From Octopus sinensis (Eukaryota), in contig NC_042998.1 in NCBI RefSeq assembly GCF_006345805.1, forward strand, positions 173,414,001 through 173,478,000: a DNA stretch of 64,000 bases, written 5' to 3'. Positions 24,741 to 38,054 of this stretch are shown here, one piece after another. Within the stretch, counting starts at the first letter, position 1; every line of letters begins with the position of its first letter. The translations under genes were made by a program, and so were the position numbers. The notes under the pieces are model-generated. The model had not been told where the DNA came from. It worked only from the letters and a program-made list of their open reading frames with translations, and did no database searches.

Positions 24741-25800
24741 TTTCTAGATATATAACATACCAAAATATCTTGAAACAATAAGAGCATCTAAACTTTGGCC
24801 AGTTTGTAAGATGAATGGCGGTTAGGTAAATCTTAGAGTTCGTTAAAACTCATCTCTTTGAGAATGCTATGCCCCTGTAAACCTCGATGTGCACGAGATA
24901 GGTTCGACTCTGGTAGTATTCTTTAGCAGAAGTCGAAGATTATGTTTATACGCTCCCAACCCAATGACTTTTATTGATATATCTTGCGTCGGACCCTCTT
25001 TCTCCCCCCTCTCTCTCTCTCTGATACATGTGTTCCCAAAACAATATGAGGTAAGATATGTTAGCAAAAAGTTTGACGGTTCAAGTGTAATCACTCTCCT
25101 TTCTTCTCGCTTGCCTTATACATTGTTTCTACATTTCAAAATCAAAACTTTTGAGCACACACATTTATACCAATGTAACTCCGTTTATCATATCAGTAAA
25201 TTCGTTAACGGCACAAAATTCGACGACACAAAAAGCAGTTTTTCACTGTGTATGCATATTTGTGTGTGCATATATATGTGATTGTCTTTGTGTGTCTACG
25301 TATATTCACTTGTGGATATGTATCTTTGCGTTTATGTGTTGAAATATTAAATTAAAGGCACAATATAATAATACAAACATATGGATCGATTATATGTCTC
25401 GCTATATATAGATATTCGTACATATTAAATTTAGGAAAACGGCTTGGTCTAGGCGTTGCCAATCTTATCTACACGTATTCCCTACCTTCATAGCTACGCT
25501 ACGTAATACAATATAATTTAGTACATCGTTTCTTTATGATCTAGACCGCAGATTACTTCAAAGACTTAACGGAGTCGGTTTTAAATTTGACTCTAGTCTC
25601 TGTGGCAATGAATTTTCATAGCTAGTCTATAATTCTGTGCAGAGTCGGTAGATTTAAAGGTAGTTGAGCATAAAATATGCCATTCAAATTCTCTATTTTT
25701 TCATTGTCGCTTCTATTCAATTATAATTCCCCACCCATCACTCTTCTCTTAATAAATAATTCTATCAAAGCCTTATAATCCTTTCATCTGTTTTTATCAT

Positions 25801-25839
<39 letters not shown>

Positions 25840-25903
25840 CACACAAACATACATATATATGCCTATATTTATATCATTGTCTATCTACCTATATGTATAC
25901 GTG

Positions 25904-25959
<56 letters not shown>

Positions 25960-26440
25960 GGTATGTATGTATATATGTATATGTATGCATCCGTAAGTTG
26001 TATATACATATATATATATATATATATAATTTAAATGAGGAAAAGAGAAGTCATTACAATTGTTTCCATAAACCGTCAATATTTTTGTTTTTATTTTACG
26101 TCTTATATTCTATATCTCTTATGCAAAACATTGTATGAAATATGGAATAAAAATATCATCCGTTTACAGAAACATTTGTAATATCAATTTGACAATAAAA
26201 TCCCATATATAATTTATTACTTTTATTATTCACTCTGCAGGATTTATTTTAAGCCTCCTTGATGTTACCTTGGAGTTGTCTAGTGATTACATTTACATCA
26301 ATCAAAATCTTACGGATTCCTCTTTTTGATTGTTGAATAGTACGCTCGCCAGGATTTTGAATAATGTACAGTTGATGTACAGGGTTATAATTATTCCCTG
26401 AATCCCTCTCTCCCTCCTCTCTCTCTCTCCCACACCATCA

Positions 26441-26473
<33 letters not shown>

Positions 26474-26477
26474 TAAG

Positions 26478-26685
26478 TTAGAGATAAAACCACTATTAGG
26501 CAAATCAAACAATGAAGAACTTAAGCCAATACATAAAATTAATTAATTAATATTATTTTAAATATATATCAAAAGTATTAAAAGTTTAATAAAAGATAAT
26601 GAGTAAAACACTACGATCGTTTCATGGCTGTCCAATTCGTAATAATTCGAGTTATGGTTACAGTCAATCTTCAGGTAATTGAAAT
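26478..26685 (-). mobile_element. Solo PLE pLTR-type unit in (TA)n
   Basis: Homologous to 38139-38335 and 14586-14730. Confidence 0.8.
26608..26677 (-). ncRNA. Type I hammerhead, CGAUCG family, intact core, long stem II insertion
   Basis: UAC CUGAAGA UUGACUG-(30 nt)-CAGCCAU GAAA CGAUCG UA GUG. Confidence 0.7.
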
Positions 26686-27317
26686 ATATATATATGTATA
26701 TATATGCAATACACACCCTTACATAATTGTGTATGTTTGTGCGTTTACGCGTACATTCACAAACAGTTAATGCTCGAGATTGTGTGCGTGTTTATGTAAT
26801 TTTGTGCTACGAAATCTTAAAACTACTCACCAGAAGTAATCGAGATATAGAGTTAACCTGTTATCAAACGATAGACATTACTAATTGTTTGCCACTAGGA
26901 CAGATGTTCTTCGGATGCTATTTCAGAGGAAACATTGTTATAAATTGTTATAGTTCAAACGTTGATGTTGCGCGTTATAAGTAGCTATATACTGCGTGAC
27001 TTCAAGGAATCAATCATACGTCAGTTAAATAATATTGTTTACAAGTTGGAATATATTTTCATCTACATCTCATTGTCATCTTAGTTTCATAAATTTTTTA
27101 CCTTTACCTTGTTAGAAAGCAGCATCGATAAATTATATTTTCAGCGGAACAATATTCGCAATAAGTTATTCATATATTGATCAAATGTATATAAGTGAAA
27201 TAAACTTTATATTCATATATCCATATGTATGTGTGTGAGTGCAAAATACACCCCGCCACACATGTATATGTGTATGTATGTATGCATGTGTGTTGTGTGT
27301 GTGCGTGCGTATACAAT

Positions 27318-27369
<52 letters not shown>

Positions 27370-27378
<9 letters not shown>

Positions 27379-27587
27379 ATATTAGGGAATGTAATACCAA
27401 ATTTACAGCGAAAATTTCAATTTAGAAATACTAATTCAAATTTCACAAAATCTAATATATATATATAAATTAGAAAAAAAACCCACCATTTATCAATTCA
27501 ACAATGAAAAAATTATTATACCATATAGAACAGAATTACATCCTATAGTAAAATTGAATATAGATAAAAACAAATACCAATGATTGG

Positions 27588-27637
<50 letters not shown>

Positions 27638-28211
27638 GATGTTTTCGATCTAGTTTGGATTCTTTGTCTTCGAATTTGAATTCTTTGTCATCAAATTTGG
27701 ATTCTTCACAATCAATTTGATTACAAAGAATTCAAACTAGATCGAAAACATCTATAAATGAATATATATATACATATAATATATATATATATATATCTAT
27801 ATATATATATATATATATATTAATTATAGATGTTTTCGATCTAGTTTGAATTCTTTGTAATCAAAGTTGATTGTGAAGAATCAAATTTGATGACAAAGAA
27901 TTCAAATTCGAAGACAAAGAATCCAAACTAGATCGAAAACATCTATATAATATTATATTATTATATATATATATATATATCTATATATATATATATATAA
28001 CTAATCATTGTATTTGTTTTTATCTTATATTCAATTTTTACTATAGGATGTAATTCTGTTCTATATGGTATAATTAAATTTTCATTGTTGAATTGATAAA
28101 TGGTGGGGTTTTTTTTTCTAATTATATATATATATATTAGATTTTGTGAAATTTGAATTAGTATTTCTAATTGAAATTTCGCTGTAAATTTGGTATTACA
28201 TTCCCTAATAT

Positions 28212-28215
<4 letters not shown>
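27370..28215. repeat. ~850-bp nested palindrome
   Basis: 27370-27770 is mirrored by about 27825-28215. The inner ~115-bp unit (gatgttttcgatctagttt...aaactagatcgaaaacatc) is itself a hairpin. The arms differ mostly by homopolymer indels. Confidence 0.9.
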
Positions 28216-28249
<34 letters not shown>

Positions 28250-28337
28250 CTATATATATATCTATATATATATATATGTATGTGGTGTGTGTATGTATGT
28301 ATGTATGTGCATATATAATATATATATATATATATAT

Positions 28338-28460
28338 CACCGTGATCACCGTGACCGACCAGGCTATCAGATGTTGTTACACATGGCTGGTCACAATGCG
28401 ATTCGCATTGTTTCAGCCTTCAAATGATGACCCCCCGCTAGCTAAGCGAGCAGGCCAATA
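28338..28460 (-). mobile_element. SINE family D, 3' end
   Basis: Reverse complement of the family D tail including the (cacggtgat)2 terminus. Confidence 0.85.
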
Positions 28461-28462
28461 TA

Positions 28463-28520
<58 letters not shown>

Positions 28521-28550
28521 TTGCATATATATATAATATGTATATGTATG

Positions 28551-28622
<72 letters not shown>

Positions 28623-28639
28623 CTAGCAATGAAGTGTGT

Positions 28640-31010
28640 GTCTTAATATCCTAGTCACATTTAGTAACAATTATAATTCTCCTTTTTTAGTGAAACATTG
28701 CAACCTGTTGCTCATATTAATTTTATGTTTACACATTAGTGAGTCGCTAAATCATCCATTAATTAGGATGACGAAAACATATATATTAATAGAGATGCAA
28801 GCCAAAGAACGTTGTTGATCGAATAAAATTGGAAAGAGGCAACGGATGTGGCCGAAACCGACGTCAGTATTAAGAATTCTCGATCAGCATTTTTCAGATG
28901 ATACAGGTCCCTGTTAGTGTATATGTTTTCATTCAGTGCATCAGCGACATCATAAGAGAATTTCAGCGATATAGGTGTTTCTTGACAACCTAATCACATT
29001 TAGTGACTATTATATTTTTCGTTTTTGGTGAAACATTGAAACCCGTTCGGATTCACAGTTTACAATGATTTTCAAAAAGTTCAGATAGAAAGACGTAGCT
29101 TATGGTGCAGTTGTCCTGCTTCTGACTAGTATTTGAAGCTTGCCCTATTTTTATTGGGAGTTCATGGCTCAAATTAGTATATGTTTATAATTGGATTTGA
29201 TTTGTAGAGGTTCCCCGCTACGTGCGTTTGTTAGTATCAAGTGACAATGTTTGTCGTCGTAAGGTAATGCTGACACATGTCCAAGTAATTACCGCTCTGA
29301 ATGTTTTCCCTCAGCTGTTTTCTGTCAATTGTAGAGAATGAACACCCGATTAAGTGAATAACCTTTTGTACGTTTCTCTCTATATCACGTAACAGTATAT
29401 TTTGCGTCTAAAAAGAAGGCCGGCACGGTTGAGTAAACATGCTTAGTTACGATCAAGGCATTCCAAATTTAATCTGTCTGGTGGGAGAGCAGACACGATT
29501 TGTTTGTATGTAGCCCAATGGCTAAAGTTTAGGTTGTTAACTGTGTAGGTTCTTCATGTTAAGTGGCAGAATGTGCTTGGTGTGTGAATAGTTATTTGCG
29601 CATATAATCTGTTAAAGTTTGTTAAGTCTTGGTTTCTAATTTTGTATAAAAGTATTTGCTTTGTTTTTCCGTGCTTCGCCTGTGGTGTTCGCTGAACACA
29701 GGTACAGTGGGAAGACCTGGAATTTGGGGGACTAATTTTTTGCTCATATGTCTATGTGTCCACTCAGTGGAATCTGTCTAGTACTAGGGTCTCGTATTTT
29801 TTGTCGATGAATGGTCTGTCTATTTCTTAGAGTAACCTTAGTTTGACCTGTATAATCTTCACTACCTCCTTGACATTTGATAGCATATATTAAATTCCTT
29901 GAGGTACATGTAAAATGATTTTTTACGGTAAACATTTATCCTGAGTTGAATTTGTATGATTTGTCTTCAGTAAGGTTGATGCAAGTCTCGTACCTGAGGC
30001 AGCTACAATTTTTGACTGTTGGTGTAATAATAGTGGAAGGTAATTTAGCAATTGTGAGAAAGTTTTGAGGACTTCGATTGTCTGTTACTTTTGATTATTT
30101 TGTGTATTTCGAATGCATGTTTCATTCTTACGACTTGTTTTAGTAGCAGGATGTTCTGGTGGATAATATTGTAAACCTCTCTGTCTAATAAAGGTTAGTG
30201 TATTGGATGTATCTGGAGCGTTTTTCGTTTTTCGTAATTCTTTGATATTTATTGCTACGTTCTATTAAGTTTCCTATTGACATTAATGGATATTGTTTTC
30301 AAGTAGTACTTGTTTTAGTTCCAGGAATATTTTATTGCAATTTTCAGAGTTTGAAACAAATGTTCAGATTCTTGCTAAATTAAAGGGAATATTATTCTTT
30401 GTATGTTTGGGATGTCATGAGGAGAACAGTATGTATTGTTTAGAAACTGTTTGTAGTAAATATCTGTTTCAATGATTTTATAATTTTTAATGACTAGTAT
30501 ATCCAGGAACGGTAATTGAGTTTTACTGTATTCTATGGTAAAGTTGATATTATTGTTTATGCTGTTGATAAGATTTTTGAAATCTATAAGCTGTTCAGAT
30601 ACGTGCATCCATAATAATTGGCAGTCATCTAAGTAACGTTTCCAGTTGTTACTGTTACGTGACACTAATGCACGAATGCAGAGGGAAACGTACAATCAGG
30701 TGTTCATTCTCTACAAACACTTGACAGAAAACATTCAGAGCATTAATTGTTTGGACATGTTCAGACAACCGTGTCTGCCTTAACTGACGACGCCAAACAT
30801 TGTCACTTGATACTAACAAATTCTAAGACCAGTGTTGTGACTATCCTCTACGAATCTAATCCTATTCAAAGCATATACTAATTTGAGCAACGGACTCCTC
30901 ATAAAAATAGTGCAAGCTTCAAACACTAGTCAGAAGGAAGACAGCTGCGACATAAGCTACTTCTTTCTATTTGAACTTTTTGAAAATTAATGTGAATTGT
31001 GAAGCTGGTT
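28640..31010 (-). mobile_element. Decayed Penelope-like element with an inverted terminal repeat
   Basis: RT WKRYLDD at about 30620-30645, FLDILV, and GIY-YIG FTCTSRNLIYAIKC...YTGQT...HRQKI at 29744-29935. About 29060-29370 is repeated inverted at about 30695-31010. Confidence 0.85.
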
Positions 31011-31200
31011 AAAGCTTTAAATATATTAGTAAAAAAATATCTTAACTATTCTCATTGCATTTCACCTTCTATTTTTCCTGTATCTCTACCCGTCTGGTAT
31101 AAAATAACCTTGTTCCCTCTCTCACTCTCTGTCTTTCTCTATCTTTCCCCCTCTCTCTTTCTTTCGATCTCTCTCTCGTTTTCTCTATCCCCTATATATC

Positions 31201-31256
<56 letters not shown>

Positions 31257-31436
31257 GGAGAGAAAGATATATATATATATTTATATATATATATATAGAT
31301 ATGTAGACAGATATATATACGTATATATATATATATATTATATATAATATATATATATGAAAGAAAAAAAAAGGTGTTCAGAATGCTGGATGGTTGTAAA
31401 AATATATATTTATTTACATATCACATATTATTTCTT

Positions 31437-31479
31437 CATATTAGCGCTTTCGACTACTCCTGTAGTTTCATCAGAAATG
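31437..31479 (-). ncRNA. Minimal type I hammerhead, AGCGCU stem III, intact core
   Basis: CAUUU CUGAUGA A ACUAC-AGGA-GUAGU C GAAA GCGC UA AUAUG, in a short unit adjacent to (TA)n. Confidence 0.7.
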
Positions 31480-31827
31480 TCAGTTTGTAAAGTTTTGCCT
31501 GTATTTATATTATTGCTAATTGAAGTTGGGGGAGGGAGAGAGAGTGTGTGTGTGTATATATAATGGAGAATAGAGGGAGGGAGAAGGTGAAAGAAAGAGA
31601 GAGAGAGGGGGAGAGTGATAGGGAGATAGAGGGATGGAGAAGGGGAAAGAGAGAGAATATGGGTGGGTGTGTTTTAAAACTGTGTATTTTTCTCTTTTTT
31701 CTTTTTTTCTTTTTTGGGGTCTTTTTGTATTTTTTGGATGAACCTTGTAAGAAATGGAAAGAGAGAAGGAAAAAGAGGGTTTGAGAGGGTTTGTTTTTCA
31801 ATATCTTTACATATAAACAATATATAT

Positions 31828-31860
<33 letters not shown>

Positions 31861-32362
31861 CCACATACACTCACATATATACACATATGGAGGAACTTAT
31901 TGTGTGTGTACATTTTCATAAACATTCATACATACATGTACTGTGCGTTCTTGAATTGAGGAGAAAGAAAGAAAGGGAAAAAATAAAATATAAAAATAAA
32001 AATATAAATAAAATATACTTGGGACTCCCTTGGGTTTCAAAGAAGAACTGGTGGTTGACCATTCAATGTTTGATATACATATATATACACCTAAACACAT
32101 ATCAATATGTGTACATACATACACACATGCACACACATATATATATGTATACACACATACACCCACACATGCATATACACATATACATGCACACACATAC
32201 ATACATGTACACACATACATAAACATATATATGTACACACACATATATACACATACACATGCATACCCACATGTAGAACCACATATATATGCATAGACAT
32301 ACATATACTTGCATACATACATATATACACGACCACATATATCAACATATATATATAAAATT

Positions 32363-33036
32363 GTGTCAGGTCGCTCTAGAGTGCTACTGGTAACATGTAA
32401 TCCAGTACAACCTGTTGCATGGTCGGGACGTCGGCGACTAAACTGACAACCTCACCAGGTTCGCTTGGTGAGGAGGGTGCTGTTGGACTCCCTGTGGGAT
32501 GGAAAAATAAGACCCAACAAAGGGCGGATGAACTCCTGAAGAGTCAACGGCCATCCAACAAAATACCGGCCTGCCCGCCCAGCCAGTGGGATGGCGTCAT
32601 CTTATGGCTAAAACAGCACGAAGAACGAAAAGTAAAGGAAAAGGGCCTCAGTACCCTGCACGTCAATCGGACCACTCCATGACGGCGGAGTGCAACTCGA
32701 GCGACGAGAGGCTGCTAAGAATCACAGGTTCCTGAAAGCCGTCATGGAACAGGACTAAACTTGCCATATGCACCTACAACTGCAGGTCTATGGCAGGGTG
32801 GCAAGAACTGAACCGCCTAATGGAGGAGAGGAAGGCACGCAGTACGCGAGTGGTACCCGCGTGAGCGGAAAAGACCACCCGGAAGACCTCCACGACGGTG
32901 GAGTGACGATTTCAAGAGGACGATTGGGATCACGTGGATGAGAAAGGCGCGATCCAGGGAGGAGTGGACAGCGTGCTGTGACCAGCGGTGTCAAATGGAC
33001 ACTGACGGACTGATCGGTCAAAGTGATCAAAGTGAT
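32363..33036 (+). mobile_element. Internally deleted (bipartite) RTE-clade LINE
   Basis: A GC-rich 5' UTR precedes the endonuclease start LAICTYNCRS. This is fused directly to the ORF C-terminus EWYPRERKRPPGRPPRRWSDDF...WMRKARSREEW, and the tail is (caaagtgat)2. Confidence 0.8.
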
Positions 33037-33299
33037 ATATAAAATATATATTTAAAAAATATACAAACTTGTCTGTATATATATATATACACGTCCATAT
33101 GCATATACGCATTTATAATCACATACATAGCCAGAAGTTTAAGATGCATAATTGTATAAATAAAAAAAGAAAAGGGAAAATTCCTTCATTTGTATATAAG
33201 GAGATAGAAAGAGATTTTTTTCTTTTTTGTATGTATCACATATTTTAACAGACGTTTTTTTTCTTTATCATAATCATTGTTTGATTTTTTTACTACTTT

Positions 33300-33600
33300 T
33301 ACTTTTTTTAGCCGTTCAATTTTGGGCTAATTTTTTCTATAAAGTGCAGTTCCATAGCTTTACGGTATTCCGGGTCGTTCCGTGAGCATTTGTAGAATGG
33401 AATAATTCTAAATTGTCCATGTCCGCATACTTCTAGGTGTTTGCTTAATGGTATCTTGCGTGACTCTTCCTGCTTTATATTTTGTCTATGTATTCTTTGA
33501 ATTTGTGTCCCGTCACCGTTCGAAAACCGATGTTGGTTGGTTTGCGTCCTCATAACTTAGCAGTTCCCCAAAAGTGACATGTAGAATAAGTACAATGCGT
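33300..33600 (-). pseudogene. PLE GIY-YIG C-terminal fragment
   Basis: IHRQNIKQEESRKIPLSKHLEVCGHGQFRIIPFYK...ELHFIEKISPKLN, similar in type to the 29744 fragment. Confidence 0.75.
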
Positions 33601-33690
33601 TAAAATCTACAATTGGTCATACTGATGTGATTCTACATATTCTATATCGGTTACATCGCACATCATTTCGCAGCATCGCACGATCACAAT

Positions 33691-33746
<56 letters not shown>

Positions 33747-34249
33747 GTCTGTGTCTGTGTCTGTGTCTGTGCGTTTGTGTGTGTTTGTGTGTCTGTGTTT
33801 GTCCCCCAACAAAACAGACATATGTACCTAAGTATGTATGTATGTATGGTATGTATGTATGTATGTATGTATGTATGTATGTATGGCATAATACTAACAG
33901 TTGCTTGTCGTGTCGTCTTTCAGAACGTGTCTCTATTATTAAGTTTGCTCTTCTGCAATGCAGTGATCAAATTGAGAATTTTGTAATGCTTAAATATATA
34001 ATTTATGTTTCGCAGAGTGGAAAGGAAATTATGATCAGGAGGAGCTGGAGAGAAGTATGATTAAGATTATATAAAATTTGTACGACAGCCCGACAAAGGC
34101 CAGTTTATTTAAGCCTGAAGGAATTATGTCACCAAAATATGTTGACTGATTCATTGTCAATTCAAGAGTTTTGATTTAGTAATACGTGAAAACGAAATAT
34201 TAAGAAATAGCTTACATATAAACAAGGTGTGTGCATGTATATATATATA

Positions 34250-34630
34250 TATATTATACAAAATCCGTTCTGTCTGTCTCTGTGTGTGTCTTCTAGGATC
34301 TCGGGCATCCTCCACCCGATTGCGCTGAAATTTGATTTGTAGATACCGACGGTATCAGGGCGTGTACAAGTCTTGGAAAAATTACAAAAATCGATTCCAG
34401 GTGAGAATTCGATCGATAAAGCCGAATAAAGCCGATAAAGCTGAATAAAATCGTTTTTCTTTGGAATAGAAAAAAGTCTATCTTTATTTCTTCTTTTGCT
34501 GGTGTCTCAAATTTAGGTTAAATCAGTGTTTCTCAAAGGGGGGGGGCTATGGGACGGTCGGACAAGTTGTCTCGAGAAAATTTGTTTTAAATGTTTGACA
34601 ACTCAGCACCGGGGGGCGTTTTGCTTGTAT
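34250..34630 (+). mobile_element. Non-autonomous Helitron, family 2, copy 2
   Basis: Reverse-complement homologue of 23164-23556, between TA runs. Confidence 0.75.
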
Positions 34631-34655
34631 ATTATATATATATATATATTAATAT

Positions 34656-34697
<42 letters not shown>

Positions 34698-34771
34698 TAT
34701 ATATATATATATATATGTATATATATGTATGATATATATGTATATATATATAGGTATATGTATATATATAG

Positions 34772-34804
<33 letters not shown>

Positions 34805-34860
34805 TATATATATTCCATATTATATATATATATATATATATATGCCACACCTTCCATTTA

Positions 34861-35123
34861 ATGTTTCTTAGTGCGTTTTAAATTTTGGCTATAACCTTTC
34901 GAATTTTTATTAACCTATTTGTAACATTTCATGTTTCCAACGTCCGTCTCTTATCCTCCCCGTTCTATTCCTGTTTTTTTTAGCTCTATAGCCCTCTACA
35001 CGTATTGAGTTATATTTATACAGTAACTGATTTTCGTATGCAGATGTACATACATACATACATACATACACACACATATGTGTGTATGTGTGTGTGTGTG
35101 TGTGAATTAGATACATATATAGG

Positions 35124-35211
<88 letters not shown>

Positions 35212-35426
35212 CAGATAGATAGATAGCTACATACATACATATACACACGAAGACCATTTACTGTAAAAATATAACTCGATACGTGTATAGGGCTATAAAG
35301 ATTAAAAAAACCCGAATAGAATGGGGAGAATAAGAGACGGACGTTTGGATAACGTGAAATGTTACGAATGGTTTAACAAAAATTCGAAGGGTTATACCCA
35401 AAATTTAAACACGCTTAATGAAACAT
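34861..35426. mobile_element. Long-TIR element with a microsatellite core
   Basis: 34861-35040 and 35245-35426 are diverged inverted repeats around (CATA)n/(TG)n/(GATA)n. Confidence 0.75.
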
Positions 35427-36002
35427 GCATAGTACTCCGAAAAGAGGAAAGCGAAAATAAGTTCACCTACGTTTTGGGTGAAACATAAATCATAGCGTAA
35501 GAAGCATGATCAAAAAGAAGCAACAAAAGAACCGATACTTGTTTGAAGAAAGGTTTTAGCTTTCGTCTACAAGCTGCAGACTGAGCCGATGAATAGTGTG
35601 ATCTGTGTGAGTTTGCATGTCTGAGCGTGTATATATTTGTGTTTATAAGATTGTGTGAGTGTGTGTGTGTGAGTGAGAGAGAGAGAGACAGAGCGAGAGA
35701 GAGTACGAAATTCCATAGGTAGGTGGCTTAATATTTCCATAATAATAATTTAGTTACACTTTTCAATCTCGAAGGTTATTTCATCGTACTTTTTATCCAT
35801 TTCGTCTACCAACTGAGTAGGTTATTTAAATTGGTTACTTTGTCCATTCCGAAATATTATCTATTAATATAATCTTATGTCAAAATCTTTTTGAATGACC
35901 ACAGGCATAAATGCATAATTATGCTCTGCTTAAATCACCTCATTTTTCTGGAAGTGTTTCATCAAAACTCTATCGTTTAATGTGTGCAGTAATGATTTTA
36001 TA

Positions 36003-36054
<52 letters not shown>

Positions 36055-37096
36055 GTATGCTTGCGTGTGCTTATTTTATGTTTTAGTCAGAGGTATGCCG
36101 GCAGGAAGTAAATCTCAGAGATTTAGTCGTGATTCTTCAAGTTGTTGAAACACAAAACGTCACACTTGACACTCGTAATTTTAGCTGTGTTGTTTTGTAT
36201 CTCCACAATGAGTCATGAAGTGTGTTGCACCGACACACATGTTTTTTATAATGGCATAAATATTACAGTTAAAGGTTCAAAAGCCAACTCTCACCATTAC
36301 ATCAACCAAACGACTCTGCCTCCATACATTTTCTGTCAACTTAATTTATTTCCCAAGTCATGAACGATTCGATGCTATAGAAATTGACATTTGTGCATAC
36401 ACCGTGCAGTGGAATCTCATCAGTGATCCCCTGCTAGCAAAGCAAACTACTTAATCATTCAGCCATACAGAACAGACACACATACGCACACACACACACA
36501 CACGTATGGTTTAACTAGCAGTATTCGTAATTTTTATTGTGTTCACATACATTACCCTCGGTACGTTCTTTGCAGAACTGCGAGAGAATCTTAATTATAT
36601 ATTAACATTAAATGCAAGATTAACATGAAGCATTAACAGTCGTAACCTGTTCTATATTTCTCGCTTTGCTGATGAATGATAGCCCATGCAGCCATAAAAT
36701 TATAATTGCATCTATGAATCACCGCATTGAATATGGTTAGCTAACAAAAGAACTCGACACTTAGCGTATTAATGCTGCTTTTGCAATCGCTTATTTTGTC
36801 AATTAGTTATTCAATAGTTTACAGCGATGTTGTCACGCGTTTATTTTTATTCTTCGTTAATTATCAGAAATTATAGGAATTTTACAACTGATAAGTCCAA
36901 TACTATAGAGTTGTTTCCTCCAGGAAATTTAATAAATAGATTAGCGCCCACCATTCATGAGCGGATTATGCCGCAAATAGTTGATGTTATCTTGTTCTCC
37001 CTTGAAAGGATCTTACATTATATTTAATTACATATTTTGTTATACCATACTAGCAGAGATACCTGACATTGCTCAGGATTAAAATGGTATAGTCTG

Positions 37097-37189
<93 letters not shown>

Positions 37190-37204
37190 TACATTATATA
37201 CATG

Positions 37205-37245
<41 letters not shown>

Positions 37246-38054
37246 AAAAATAGAGTTAACGCAGGTTTAAACAAGTATTTTTACTTTCTACATTGTTTCA
37301 AAAATTCCACTGATACTTATTCAAAAGAATAAAAGGTATAAACAATGCAATACACTCATCTATTTATATATATATATACACACACATTATATATATATAT
37401 ATATTACAGTTATGTTGAAACACGTGATACGGGACAGTACGGCATTGACGACAAAACATGTGTGGAGCGAATGATGGTTTAATTTGACTAAGCAACTTGT
37501 AATACACCCGTTTGAAGGATTCCATGCCCTAACCTATCATGGAAAATTGGGAGTGGGTGAGTATCTAATTTTTGAACTGACCGAAAAGCTTTCAGTGGTT
37601 GTACTCGCCTTTGAGGCGCTCAGCGCTGCATCAAACACGACCCATCGTATCGTTGACAGTCAATTGAATGGAGGTGTAATGGAGATATTGTACGTAAATG
37701 GGTACATTCCAGAAATGGGCTGCAATGGGAGATGGCAACGGGGGAGTGAACTGTTGAACTGTTGCAGAAGGTGAATGGTTGACATTGTATTGTTTGTGTG
37801 GCTGTAGAATAAAAAACATACTGAGAATATGCAGTAATGAATCACTTGAAAAAATAAAGCATAATGGCCTACCGCGTGGTATGTATATAGTATGTCTGTA
37901 TTTTTGTATGCAGTGTATATTGACGATGTATAAGAAAATGAACGAAATAAAAGCACATGTACGGAATTGATAATTTAAAGATAAATGCCACAATCATTCT
38001 TACAGAGGGACAAAGAATTATATATATATATATTATATATATATAATAAAATAT

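Noticed and set aside
28830-28870. Hammerhead-like GGC...GCC GAAA C...GUC
   Set aside because: There is no CUGANGA box (ggaaaga instead) and no stem I.
37484-37774. 96-aa ORF as a gene
   Set aside because: It starts at a non-ATG codon and has no recognisable domain.
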